From assembly GCF_009914755.1 (NCBI RefSeq), contig NC_060928.1: 64,000 nt of DNA. One strand, written 5' to 3'. The position numbers and the translations under genes were made by a program. Below the pieces are notes generated by a model. That model saw nothing but the letters and a program-made list of their open reading frames with translations. It was not told where the DNA came from and did no database searches. Of this stretch, positions 44,580 through 58,469 are shown one piece after another; position 1 is the stretch's first letter, and the number at the start of each line of letters is the position of its first letter. The DNA is from the human T2T-CHM13v2.0 reference genome, Homo sapiens.

Positions 44580-45033
44580 TGCAGCACTATTTACAATAGC
44601 AAAGATACAGAATCAACCTAAATGCCCATCAATGGTAGACTAGATAAAGAAAATGTGGTACATATACATCATGGAATACGATGCAGTCATAAAGAAGAAC
44701 AAGATCATGTCTTTTGTGGGAATACGGATGGATCTGGAGGACATTATCCTTAGCAAACTGACTCAGGAACAGAAAACCAAATACTTCATGTTCTCACTTA
44801 TAAGTGGGAACTAAAATGATGAGAACTCATGGACACAATGAGGGTGACAACAGACACCAGGGCCTACTTGAGGGTGGAGGATGGAAGGAGGAAGAGGATC
44901 AGCAAATATAACTAATGAGTACTAGGCTTAGTACCTGGGTACTGAACTCATCTGTACAACAAACCCCTGTGACATGAGTTTACCTATATAACAAACCTGC
45001 ACATGTACCCCTGAACCTAAAATAAAAGTTAAA
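44580..45033 (+). mobile_element. 5'-truncated older primate L1 3' end (L1PA13-16-like)
   Basis: GCAGCACTATTTACAATAGCAAAG...ACATGTACCCCTGAACCTAAAATAAAAG; degenerate TSD AAGCCA(G/A)GAAA(A/G)CA. Confidence 0.9.
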
Positions 45034-45519
45034 AGCCAAGAAAGCAAAATGGAGAAAAAAGAGTTGAAAAGGATCCGAGAACACTAAATATATGAAATAT
45101 AAAATATATCAAAGAAACAAATTTCTAGAGTCCCTGAAAAGCAGCTACAAAATAATAGAACAGTTATTTTGAACGTTAAGTAAAAAGACCAAGCCACATA
45201 TGGAGGGAAAGAAATGACATGAGCCTCCCACTTCTCCACACCATTCAATGCTACTTAGCAGTGATGCAATGCCTATGTAGTCCTATAGGAATGAAGTGAT
45301 ACAATAATTTGATATCCAGGCAACCTGGCGCATGGCTGTTTAGATGTACCATAACTTATTTAACCAGTTCCTAATTGGCAGTGGATACAACGATGGTGCA
45401 GTGCCTATCATGATACCCAAGAACATCAGATTTGTTTTTAAATAAAATGCATGGTACATAGGAGTGTATATGCTACCATTGTGTTTGTGTGTATGTGTGT
45501 GTATACATATAAACACAGG

Positions 45520-45725
45520 CCAGGGGTGAGCAATTTACAGCCCAACCCAACACCTGGTTTTATAAGTAAAATTTTATTGGAACACAGCCTTCCTCATTCA
45601 TTCATGTATTGCCTGTGGCTGCTCTCACACCACAACAGCAGAAATGAGTAATTGCCACAGAGACTGCGTGGCCCTCAAAGCCTAAACTATCAGGCCCTTT
45701 TTAGAAAAGATTTGCCAACCTCTGA
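45520..45725. mobile_element. MER58A-like hAT element
   Basis: CAGGGGTGAGCAA...TTTTATTGGAACACAGCC...TTTGCCAACCTCTG. Confidence 0.8.
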
Positions 45726-45756
45726 CATAGAATACACAAGAAATTGATAATGGTGA

Positions 45757-46285
<529 letters not shown>

Positions 46286-47232
46286 CAGACTACTTCCAGC
46301 AAAAGTAGAGAAGTGCCATGCCCAAGGGCAAATGACAAAAGGTAGAGGGGAAGAAAGACATTCGCTTGGTTGTATTTGGAGCAAAAAGCACCTCACATTG
46401 TCCTCTCTTACACAAATGAATAATGAAGGACTTTGATTACATGACAGAATAGCTTTCAAACACAAAAAACAAAATAATTTTAATAGATCCTAGTTTCAGA
46501 AAGATTTTTAAAAATAAAACTTTAAAGTCATACTCTCTACTTTCACTCAGGCTCAGTTCTAAAATGTCTAAAGGGTTTTAAACTGACTCAACGCTCAGAT
46601 TTTAACTGTTTAAGGACTTTTGAAAATGTACTGATTTAGAAAATAATTTATCAACTAGTGAAGGCTCAAAAAGGAATCTAGTTAATTTTGTATTTGAGGC
46701 AGGGTTTTGTTTTTCTTAAAAAACTCATTTGAAATGTAAAAAGAGAGAGAGACTTATCTCCACCCTCAAGAAAAACGTACTAAAACTAAACGTCTCACTT
46801 TCATTTTTCCATATTTAGTCCTATGCTAGTATATCTTCAGTGATGCTAATATTTAGCATTATTCACACATTGGAACAGCAAGATAATCATCTGAAGGCCA
46901 ACAGTTTATGCTCTCATGCAGGTGAGCAAACACCAACTTGTCTGTTCTTTGAATAGTTCTGTACTGGCCATTTTGTAGGGCTGACCCCAAATTCTTCCCT
47001 GAAGTAATTAAGTGAGACAAGTAATTACGTCACTGTAAGGCTCTAAAATGTCACTAAAATGACAACCCAGCTACTTCCTGAAGTTTTACACAAGAACTCC
47101 TCAGGAGCAGGCCCTAAGGAGAGATGATCTAAGAAATGTCTCCAAACAAAAGGTGCTTAAACATCTTAGCAAAGGCGAAGTGCTCTGGGGCATTGTTTTA
47201 TGTGCAGCCAAGGCCACTCAAAAGATAAAACT

Positions 47233-47532
47233 GGCTGGACATGGTGGCTCACACCTGTAATCCCAGCACTTTGCCAGGCCGAGGCAGGCAGATTGATTGA
47301 AGTCAGGAGTTTGAGACCAGCCTGGGCAACATGGTGAATCCCCGTCTCTACTAGAAATACAAAAATGAGCTGGGCGTGGTGGTGTGTGCCTGTAATCCCA
47401 GCTACTTGGGGAGGCTGAGGTAGGAGAATCATTTGAACCCAGGAGGCCAAGGTTGCAGTGAGCCGAGATTGCACCACTGCACTCTAGCCTGGGTGACAGA
47501 GCAAGACTCTATATAAAAATAAAATAAAATAA
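47233..47532 (+). mobile_element. AluS
   Basis: Full dimer with (TAAAA)n tail. Confidence 0.96.
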
Positions 47533-47970
47533 AGCCACAGAAGGCAGTCAGCCTCCCTGCAAGATCCCAGGGCTGCCACTAGCAGATTAGGCGAAGGTGA
47601 ACCTTCTCCTAGGCAGTGCAACTCAGCTCCAAGGGGTGTAAACACAGGCTGGGTCTCTGCCCCCTCTGCCTGTCTGTGGAGCTCTCTGCTGCATGAACAA
47701 CCTACACAGCTGTACATGGCAGTCCTGTGAGCTCCTCAACCTGAACGCCAAACAGTATTTCCACATCCAGGCTTTTGTCTTTGCCCTAGAATGTCCGCAT
47801 GCATTTTCAGTTACAAATGGGAAGAGAGAATTATTTCACAGTCCCACAACCAAGACTGGGTCTAATTAAGATGCTAGTGCCATGAATCAGCCCTAGAGAG
47901 TGAAAGAGTGGTTTAAGAAATGTAATCGTTTTCTCCCACGCCCCTACAGGGATGTTGTGTTTGGACTTAC

Positions 47971-48199
47971 CGTGGTAATTCCAGCCACATGACCCAGGAT
48001 GGGGACCAGTCACTGGGTGGGGCCATGTTGTGGTTGGAGTCCAGGGCTGCTGGGCTGCTGCAGTCTTCCTGGGGCTCATACTCTTTGACTTCCAAAGCTT
48101 TGAGTACTATCGAGGATGATGTTCTTTTCAATAATGCCACTGCCTCACTCCGGCTGACCTCTGTCAGTTCGACCCCATCCACATTCAACAAAATGTCAC
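47971..48199 (-). CDS. LNX1: LNX1 exon (229 nt), end of PDZ3 and PDZ3-PDZ4 linker
   Basis: ccatcag|GTGACATTTTG ... TTACCACG|gtaagt; [24 protein letters not shown]...WVMWLELP. Confidence 0.97.
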
Positions 48200-49782
48200 C
48201 TGATGGCCAGAGAAGCAGAAGCTATCTTTAGTGAGAGCACAAACAGGGACTTCTGCTTAAAGTGCAAGGGGATAGGGGCTGACTGGGATTGCAGGGATGC
48301 AGAGAGGGCAAAGGTTTTCTTTGTTGACGGGAGGCTGGGTGCTCACATAGCAAATGGTAAACAGTGTGTGCATTCCAAGGTGCTGTTAAGACTTGTTTGG
48401 GGTTTTCTAAAGCACAGCTATCGGTGTTTTACACAAGAATACCGCTGAAGGAAGGAAGGAAGGGAGTGAGAGAGGAAAATTAGTCTTGTTCACTATTTAA
48501 TCAAAGAAAACCTACTTTTTCACTCTTTTGTTTCTTGTTTTTAGCATAAAGTAGGAGGATTTGGCAAAAGCTCCAGCATTTGCACGGAGCCAGGCATGTA
48601 GTAGGCCTCCAGTAAATATGGATTGAATGAAAAGAAACTACCCATGAGAGTGTCTGGCAGAGGAGTCTTGGAGCTGCACTCTTAAAGAAGCAGAAAGAAA
48701 AACATTTTCATTGCTAAGGTGAAAATAGCTACTATTGGTTAAGCGCCTACTATGTGCAGGATCATTTCCATATAGATCATATAATCCTCTAGCTTATGTT
48801 CTGTTAACAAGTCATTTGTTAACAAGCCACTTTGTTTGGCCTCATCATTTTCCACCCAGATGTTTTGCAGAAAAGAGAAATTAAAATATACATCTCCCCT
48901 ATTTCCATTTTCTATTTTTTTATCTTCATCCTGTTTTTTTCTGTCCCCTTTTGCTTAACTTTCTTATACAGAATAACCACAGCAAGAGCAAAAAGACAGG
49001 AGGAGAAAAAAGAGAAAGGCCTTGAGTCCTTTCTGACCCGAAAGAAGCATCTTTCAGACAGCTGACTAAATCTCTTAAGATACCATCCCCCTGTGGCTCC
49101 TCAGGCTCAGCAGCTGTACTTGGGAAACTTCACAGTTTATCTCTTGAACCTGGACTTTTAAATGGCATAATTCCTCACCCATCTGAGCTACCTACCCTCT
49201 TGAATGAATTGACAATATTATTAAGGATACATATTTGTAGAGGCAAATTTGATATCATCTTCCTTTATTTACTCAAAGTAGCCCAGAATACATGAGCTTA
49301 AAGTAGTGAAATAATTTTCACTCTGGGAAAGTATCCAGCATGATACTTTCACTTAATGAGTATTCATTGAATCAAATCTATCAAATGACTTTTTCTATCT
49401 AACCCATATAATTGAATAATTCATGAATTATTTCATGAATTCCACCACCGGATCAACCCACCAAAGAACCACTTAGAATGAATGGAACTACATTATGCCA
49501 TTTAATAGAGGTAACTTGCTCATAACTGTAGCAGTTCTCTATTAATTCCTGGAACAGTTTGGAGATTCTAGCTTTACTTGCAGGCAAGTTGGCCTGCAAC
49601 TAAGAAAAGTGGAACCTGGTCTAGTATCTATACTCAAACCAATCATGGTCAATGGGTAACAAAAGTCCTGGCCGATCACTCCCACATTCTCTCATTAATT
49701 TTGAAAATAGTCACCTAACAAGCTACTAATTTCTCTTGATTCTCTGCCACCCCAGTGCCTTTAAAATCCCTTTACTTTTTAC

Positions 49783-49960
49783 CTGTTTTTATTCTTCCAT
49801 CTCTGCTTATGACTCCTCCGGGCTCAACACTGATGACATAGATAGGCAAATCCCATTCTCTATGTGATGCTCCCCCTGCGACGGTCATGCCGAGAGATTC
49901 ACCGGGGTCTTTTTGGATATTTACCACCTTCTCATGACAAGTAATTGTAGGATGGAGGGG
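49783..49960 (-). CDS. LNX1: LNX1 exon (178 nt), start of PDZ3
   Basis: cttcag|CCCCTCCAT ... AAAACAG|gtaaaa; [30 protein letters not shown]...DGRIKT. Confidence 0.97.
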
Positions 49961-50262
49961 CTGAAGGCACAGATGGAAAAACATGGCACATGAATTCACA
50001 ACTCTGGTAGTTTTTGAATGTAGAAAATGCAAAGTGGGTTTCCATTTTCTAAATGCAAAAATTACCAAAGCTGCATAAATTATGCAAAGTGCATAAATAC
50101 AATGGTGGTTCTTGAAATCACAGAGAAAGACACCTGGAAAGAACCCTCACCTTATCCACTCCCAACCATAATAGGGTTACATTGTCCCAAATTCTACAGG
50201 TTAACTCAGATAAAGTTTACACTTCAAAAGGAAAGAGTAAAAATGGAGGAAGGAACCGATTA

Positions 50263-50466
<204 letters not shown>

Positions 50467-52937
50467 TTATTCCTGATAGTAGTGAGTCAGCATTTCAAAA
50501 ACACTCTGTCATTTATAAATATCAGAAACTTTTCTATGTTAAAAAAAAGTAACCATATTTTATAGAGTCTTCTTTCACACCTGCTCAGTGCTTACCAGGC
50601 AGCCTTGCCTGCGGTGAGCAAGAGATGTTTAGTTGTGCACTGAGGGGCTGGATGCAATGGCTGAAATACCACAAATATGGCATGTGTGCATGTGTCCTGT
50701 CTCATGAACCAGTGTCCATGACCATTTCCTTTCTTAACCAGAAAAGCGACCAATGTCAGCAATGGAAAAAGAAAATCATCTGTGAAAGCTTCACACCCAG
50801 GGTTACCTGACTTTGGCTGGAGAGGAGGAGAGTTACGTATGAAAGAGATGACTTTTCTATCTATCTTTTTTCGCCATTCTCCTCACCCTACTTTGGACAC
50901 CTTACAATGTTCCTTGATGTTTAAAAACATAATTTATGGTAAAATAGTTTAAGCTAATTAAAAACACAATGGGTACCTGAATATTTCTCAAACTATAAGA
51001 TGTATTTCCATTTTAGAATATTTGCTTTGGATATTTAGAATAAAACATTTTAGACAAGTAAAAAAGCATAAAGAATAACAGAATGACCTACCCATGTACC
51101 TCAAAACCCTACATCAGAAATAAACATTCCATGTGCACTTAGTCGCTCTATGACTCTTTCTGCTCATAGGCCTTGCCTCCCCACAGAGGTAAACCATGCA
51201 AAATTTGATGCCTAGCATTCCTTAACTTTTTTAATTGGCTAAAAGTTTTCTGTCCCACAAATCCTGCTTTGTCTTCTTTGGTATTTCTTTGAATTGTTTA
51301 AGCTCTTATTTTTAAAAAGCTACCTGGTTTCCTAAACCAAACAAGATTTTAGTAAGAATATAAAAACTGAAATAATCAAAGAGCCATATATGTCTCAGTT
51401 TTTTTAAATATGTTACTTTTTTGTGAGGATATTTCAGAAGTCAGATAGAATATAAGTTAAAACGGAAATAATTACAATTCCAACTAAGTCAGTTTGCACG
51501 TTTCCAGGAATTAAGACATATGACAGAGGGTTGTAGCAGAAATGTGACCAGATCCTCCCAGCTCTTTCATGATGAGGAGGTGGAAGGAATTCTAAAACCA
51601 CAGTGCAGATGGAGGCTACCTTCTCCATAATTTGATGACTTAGAATATGACGTATTCTAGTTAATTCAACTAAAATTAGTTAATTGGATAAAAACTTCAA
51701 TTAATTAATTAAGCTAATAAACTAGTTTTTCATTAATAAAGATGATCAGTTAAATTTAAACATTAAGCATTTACTAGCAAAAAGACATCACGGAGTCCTT
51801 ATCCATAAAATGTTTTAGCAGGATATATCTGGTCTGTCTAGACTCCTTATTGTAGAGAAACAGGTAATTTATGGATTTATGAGGCTTGGCTGGCTGGAGA
51901 ACCTGGAGGGGTGTATAACCTTGTAGGCTATGTAATTAACATAGTATAAAGCAGAGATGTTCCAAAATAAAAAATTTGAATATTGTTTCTCTATATATTA
52001 CTCAAAAACTCAATTTGTAAGCTATTCCAACCAACATATAGATTGACGTAGAAAGAAAAGGGCATTCCCTACTTTCTGTTGCAAGAAGAATGAGCTACCT
52101 TTAAGAATTTTTTTTAGTTACAAGTGATGCCATGAAACCAGAACTCAGGAGAGATGACTGAAAGAAGCTCATCAGCATCACAACAGGATGCCAAGCCAAA
52201 GCTATAGGACTCTTAATTTGGACTAAACAAGGTTTGTGTTGCTTAAACACGCATCCAAATGAAGAGGTTAAGGCATTGCCTCTAATAGAAGCCACAGAGA
52301 GAAGTACAAATTGGGCTGAGTCACTTCATTTAAAGTGAGGCTGCAAACTGGTGGCCTGAAGAATGAATTCCACCCACAGATCCACAGTGTTTTAGAGTTT
52401 TCTGGATTGGAATGCCATATAACATGTGCTCTCTGGTTTGCCCCAATCCCCACCACTCCCTAATGTTACATGAGCTTCAAGTGTTTAAATTATCTTCCTG
52501 GGCCCTTCGGCAAACACAAACAAAAACTAAAAGTAGCGGGGAAATCACTCATTTCTAGGCAGACTGAAAAATTCAAAAGCCAGAAACCAGGCAAACTGCT
52601 TGCTTCATTTCAAAGTGAATAAAATAAGTCCTCAAACAAGATGACTCTTGGTAAAAACATGCCATTTATTTGGCTTAGGCTAGAAATCAGGTCCCTGTAT
52701 GAGGTCTGCATGATCAGGTTTCAAAACTTTCCTGCACCTTCTTCTCTCCTGCTTGGATGGGAGACACCTGTTATCTCTCCAAGTCTTAAATATGGGACTT
52801 TGGGCTTTTAGTTTTACAAGTCAAAGTGTTTCTTTAAGTAAAAAAGTCCAGAGATGACACTTAGACATGTTAAAACAAGCAGCCTTCCCAAGAAATAGCC
52901 CCTTGCAGGAGCAGGCGACCTGCCCTAGAGGCCTCAC

Positions 52938-53072
52938 CTTGGGAGTGTTGCTCCTCTCCCCTGGCCCTGGGGACCAGCTGCCATTGCTGTTCCAGCCGGC
53001 TTCCTGAAAGATGTCAGGGCTCCGCTGCCGAACCTGGCGGGACACGACGAGGTGAACACGTCTTTCACTGGC
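52938..53072 (-). CDS. LNX1: LNX1 exon (135 nt), end of PDZ2 and linker
   Basis: gcccag|GCCAGTGAAAGA ... CCCAAG|gtgagg; [27 protein letters not shown]...SNTPK; phase 0-0. Confidence 0.96.
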
Positions 53073-53644
53073 CTGGGCAAGAAGACACAGGCATTAGCCA
53101 CTGTCAGTTTCCATCCACTGCATTCAGCACCAGGAGCTTACAAAAACATCACTTTGATTATACCATTTTTTTATGGCAAAACATGATTTCTAGTTTGTTG
53201 GGTTTTTTTGTTACTATCCATCTTGTAATTTGCCAAGAGCATGAGAGCTCTTTCCTTTATCCTTAAACAAGGTAGTAAATGTTGCTCCAAGGGAAAACTA
53301 GGGAAGGTTTGGTTCCTTCCAATCTTTGAAAAGGCATCATCAGATATTGCTAATTCATTTTTAATTAATGGTTGTACCACACACAAGCCATGCCCTAAGT
53401 TCTTCCCAGATAGAATTAGGTGCACTGTGTAAAGTAGCAGCCCAAAGCAAAGATCTAAGATCAATGGTACACAGTAAAGAAAAAGAGATGGAGTTAATGG
53501 CAGTAACTTGCCACTGCAGGAAGAGAAATCCTGAGCCTGACACTTGCAAATATTTGGGCATAGGAAAGGTTTAGCACTTTAGAAATATGGGGATGACTTC
53601 ATACATTAATATGTACAACCTAATCAAAATCCTTTACCTTCAAT

Positions 53645-54085
53645 TCACAATCACAAAGACATGGAATCAACTTAAGTGCCCATCAACTGATAGGTAGATA
53701 AAGAAAATGTGGTATGTATATACCATGGAATACTACTCAGCCACAAAAAAGAATGAAAAAATGTCTTTTGCAGCAACTTGGATGGAACTGGAGGCCATTA
53801 TTTTAAGTGAAGTAACACAGGAATGGAAAATCAAATACTGCATGTTCTCACTTGTAAGTGGGAGCTTAGCTCTGGAGATGCAGAGGCAGAGTAATATAAT
53901 GGACTTTGGAGACTCAGAAAAGGGGAGGGTGAGTGGGGTGAGGGATGAAAAACTGCCTATTTGGTACAGTGTACACTATTCAGGTGACAGGTGCACTAAA
54001 ATCTCAGACTTCACCACCATACAATGCATCCATGTAACCAAAAACCACGTGTATTCCTAAAGCTATTGAAATACAAAATGTTTAA
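53645..54085 (+). mobile_element. L1MA-type 3' end
   Basis: ORF 53707 MWYVYTMEYYSATKKNE...ATWMELEAIILSEV is the L1 ORF2 C-terminus, followed by an L1MA 3' UTR. Confidence 0.9.
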
Positions 54086-54237
54086 AAAACTGCAAAAGAG
54101 TAATTTGCCTTGATTTCTTTATTTTTTATGGAACTACCAGTTACTCTGCTAATTCTCTCTGCTATGTACATTGATATTTGGACAGGCATTCAGAATAGCA
54201 AATATAGTACTTATTGGAAAGGTCCACTCCACATCAT

Positions 54238-54590
54238 CGATATGGTTTGACTGTGTCCCCAGTCAAACTTCACCTTGAATTGTAGCTCCCATAATTCCCA
54301 TATGTCATCGGAGGGACCTGGCAGGAGGTAACTGATTCATGGGGGTGGGTCTTTCCCGTGCTGTTCTCGAGATAGTAAGTCTCACGAGATCTGATGATTT
54401 TATAAATGGGAGTTCCCCTGCACAGGCTCTCTTGTCTGCCACCATGTAAGACATCCCTTTGCTCTTCCTTCATCTTCCACCATGACTGAGAGGCCTCCCC
54501 AGCCATGTAAAACTGTGAGTTCATTAAACCTTTATAAATGACCCATTCTCGGGTATGTCTTTAATAGCAGCATGAGAGCAGACAAATACA
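54238..54590 (+). mobile_element. THE1 solo LTR (MaLR)
   Basis: GATATGGTTTGACTGTGTCCCC...CAGACAAATACA; 5-bp TSD ATCAT/ATGAT. Confidence 0.92.
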
Positions 54591-55092
54591 ATGATACATT
54601 TACAAATTGTCTTTCTGCCACAGATTAGTTTCACATGTGTCAGGTAGTATGGGCCATTATTCCAGAATTGCTGACCATTGAGATTTCAGAGCTGCAGGTC
54701 AATCAGACTAAATCTTAGACCTATGAAACTCACATAAATAGAGCTCTCTGGTGGCCTAGGCTGAAGTAGCCAGCTGACCTCATTTATCACTTTAGTAAAA
54801 GTTGAAAATGAATGAGATATGGAAGATTTGATTAGAAAGATTCCCAAGACAGACCTGGTTTAGGGACAAGGGAGATGGAAGAGAGAGGAGTAAGGTTTGG
54901 TGGTTCCTCTCTTCATCCCATCCCTTGCCCACTCACCACCACAACAGAGAAGGGGCAGTGACCTGCCAGCTTTCTTCCTATACAGGGATGGTTATTGGGC
55001 TAGGGGAGAAAGGTCATGAAATGAGGGCATTGAAATTCCATGCTCTTTTCCATTGACTCAGACAATGGGGGTGGAGATATTTGCTTCCTGCC

Positions 55093-55447
55093 TGCTATGG
55101 TCTGAACATGTTTCCCCAAAATTCAGATGTTAAAATCCTAACCCACAACACGGCAGCATTTGGAGGTAGGGCCTTTGGGAGGTGATTAGGTCATGAAGGC
55201 AGGTCCCTCCTAAGGGGATTACAGCCCTTATGAAAGGGGCTGGAGGAATCTTGTTTGCCCCTCTACCATGTAAGGACAAAGTGAGATGGTGCCATCTGTG
55301 AGGAAGTAGCCATCCCCAGACACCAAACCGGCTAGTGTCTTGATCTTTGACTTCTTGACCTCCAGAACTGTGAGAAATAAATTTATGTTGTTTACAAGCC
55401 ACCTAGGATAGTATATTTTGTTATAGCAGCATGAATGGACTAAGACA
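55093..55447 (+). mobile_element. MLT1A/MST-type solo LTR (MaLR)
   Basis: TGCTATGGTCTGAA...CCTCCAGAACTGTGAGAAATAAATTT...GGACTAAGACA; TSD CTGCC/ATGCC. Confidence 0.9.
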
Positions 55448-55532
55448 ATGCCTTTTCTGCATCTTCATTCCCAGAGCACACAACTCACTCACTCTCAGGA
55501 ACTAGGACCTTGTTTTAAAAATCTCAAGTAAA

Positions 55533-55798
<266 letters not shown>

Positions 55799-57401
55799 TC
55801 TTTAGTAAAAACCATCCACCAATGAAACAATATCCCTATGGTTGTCTGACACTAACCAGTCCAAATCTTCATGACTTTGCACTCTTATAACACTTCTTCT
55901 CAGGGCTCTCTTGAAACTTAGGGGTCATGATTTGGGTGGCTGTAAATTAAAGGAACTTTTAGAGACAACTGCTAGCGTACAGTAAGAGTGTCTATTGTAA
56001 CATCAAAATGGATGATCGGCCAGGTGAGTTGACTCATTTCACAAAAACTAGAAAATCCTTCTGAAAAGGGCCCAAAAAAGAAGTTGGAGTCCTCTGCCCA
56101 TGTCCTTCACACAAAGTCTGGCCATCACTTCTGATCTCCCCAGACAAGGCTAATGTGCCCTTCCTTTGTTTACCTATCTTGAATTCCCTGGTGTTTCTCA
56201 TCACATATAAAGCTTGTGTCTGAACAGAACAAAAATAAAAAGCCCAGGAAACAATCGTGAAGAAAGCTGATATGAAGAACGATGGAATTAGCTGACTAAA
56301 TCCAATTCTTGGAAGAGTATTTTGTAATAGCTGTGTCTTTCTTTGTACTATAAGCCTCCCTTCTTCTAAATAAGATTATCTTTGGGAACTCTCTAAAGCA
56401 AAACTTACTAAAAGATAAGAAGTGGTGAACATTCAGGTCAAAACCCCAATTACTGAGCTCGAATTTGCTCTCTTTGGGGAAACTCCGATGTTTTGAAGGA
56501 TCCCAGCAGAGTGTCCATAGGCTTGCAAATTGTATCATGTTCATTTTGGATGAGGAGTAGCCACATGATCTAAGCACCTCATAAGAACTGAGAAAATTTT
56601 AGACTTGCACATCGAATCAACTTGCCAGGCAAAATCCAAATTGCCAAGGAGAAGCCTGCAAGAACTATTTAATTCACATTTTCAAGGACAAATTTCTCAC
56701 TGGATTTTCAAATGCTGGCTTTGGTATTAAGTTGTTGACAGGAATAACACTACAATAAATAATTCTGGTATCAATTTACTTGGAAAGAAATTCTCTGCAA
56801 GACTGGATCTGTGGCTCTTACCAGCCACCTTGTAAATTGCTCACAGGAAGACTTTGATGTACTTTTGTGGTGTTTGAAGATATAAGGTGGAAAACGGGCT
56901 AATATGCTTGTCCTGGCTTTAACTCCTATCAGGAGCTGGATTCAATGCAGAGAAACATCCCCTAGCACCAGAGAATCTTTCTTTCCACTAGTATCAATGT
57001 GGTGTGAGTGTGAGGAGGGGGAGTATAGGGGAGACACAGAAAGACTGAATGAGAAAATGGCAGAAACTTGTTTATTTCACACCTATGTGATATGTACCAA
57101 GAAAGTGGATACAGCAGAGCTGTCATTCCAGCAAGCAAGGAATAGCTTACTGCAAGAAAGAGGTAAGACAGCTTCTCTCTTGCATCTCTTGGGATGTTGC
57201 AATTTGGGCAAAAGGATGGTTTAACAATGGTGGCTACCTTAATTAGAAGACATGACTTAAAGTTTCCTCTCCTCTCTCCCTTAAGAATCCTAGATTGTGA
57301 TCTAGGCAAATTCTGGACACACTGGTTACAACCTGCATAGCTTGACTGCTGTACCATATTCTTTCCCTCCCAAGAGCTGAAGCATTAGACTCCCTCTCTC
57401 T

Positions 57402-57600
57402 TTTCCGCCCTGCGCCAGTTCACCCCTCCTTAGGAAACTTGGTGGTCCTCCGCTCCTGGCAGAGCACCATATTGATGCCAAACTTAGTGAAGCCACCCAA
57501 TCGGCAGAGCGCACTACAGCCCAGAGCTCCTGAGCTCAAACGACTCTCCCGCCTCAGCATCCAGAGTAGCTGGGGCTACAGGCATGCCACTTCACCCAGC
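57402..57600 (-). pseudogene. 7SL (SRP) RNA retropseudogene, 3'-truncated
   Basis: Reverse complement reads GCTGGGTGAAGTGGCATGCCTGTAG...TGTAGTGCGCTCTGCCGATTGGG...GGCATCAATATGGTG...CCTAAGGAGGGGTGAAC...GGAAA: the 7SL Alu domain plus the S domain, which Alus lack. Flanking repeats tccctctct(c/t)tttt. Confidence 0.93.
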
Positions 57601-58038
57601 ATCCCTCTCTTTTTTCTACAGGCCAAGAGGAAGCGGTTCTGATGCCATCCATATTCTCCCCTGTGGACTTTAGCTTATTGGCAGCCTCCTGACAAGCACT
57701 CTGTCCCCAAGGCTGATCTGCCTGCCCTGGGCAGACAACACACTGGGAACCTTGAGGACATGGTTCCTGCCCTCCCGGAATGTTTCCTACTGCAGGGACA
57801 GTCAGATGGGAGTGCCACGAAAGAGAAATGGGGAATATACTTAAGGGTCTCCAGAGGTGGGACCAATTACTTCTGGCTGAGGAAATAGGAACCATCTAAT
57901 ATTCAGAGAAAAAAAAGAGGGTTAAAACTAAGTAGCGTCTGTATGGAAGGACTGGCTTTCTGTCGTTTTGTTTAATGACTGCTTTTCTCTGTTGAGATTT
58001 GACTCAAAATTGCCAATCATATTTATATGATGGAACTT

Positions 58039-58469
58039 AGCATTTTGCAGAGCTATACACTGGAGCACATGGCATCTTTCTACTGTTTTGGCATTGCATG
58101 AATCCATACAGTGACTAAGAGAAGAAAAACATAGTCCAGAAGCCTCATTTATATGTACCCATCTTTAAATAACAAAGCCTATCTCTTATAGCTGGAAGGA
58201 GTCTGGGAGCGTTGCACTGTGACCTCTTGCCAAGCAAGCATCTTCCTTTGTGTTCAGCCTGCAATTGACTCTTTCTCTTCCAAAATCCACTACGGCTGAT
58301 GAAAACTGCTCATACTGTCAGGGCGTAACATAGATTTGCAACTTCCCAGAGCAGAGAGATGGAAGTCAAACATGCCACCACACAAGGAGCAGCATTTTGC
58401 AGAGCTGTACACTGGAGCACAGGGCATCTTTCTACTGCCTTGGCATTGCATGAGTCCATACAGTGACTA
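58039..58469. repeat. 79-bp direct repeat (58039-58117 and 58391-58469)
   Basis: Hand alignment gives 74/79 identity with no gaps; spacer 273 bp. Confidence 0.95.

Noticed and set aside
44293-44587. Hydrophobic minus-strand ORFs resembling membrane proteins (also 18285..18611)
   Set aside because: Produced by T-rich strands of decayed L1-like or low-complexity sequence; no splice or homology support.
57402-57600. Functional SRP RNA gene
   Set aside because: Lacks the 3' third, carries many substitutions including CpG decay, and has TSD-like flanks.
58039-58469. CRISPR-like or LTR-element reading of the direct repeat
   Set aside because: Only two copies in human intronic DNA, wrong unit and spacer sizes, no LTR termini or coding content.
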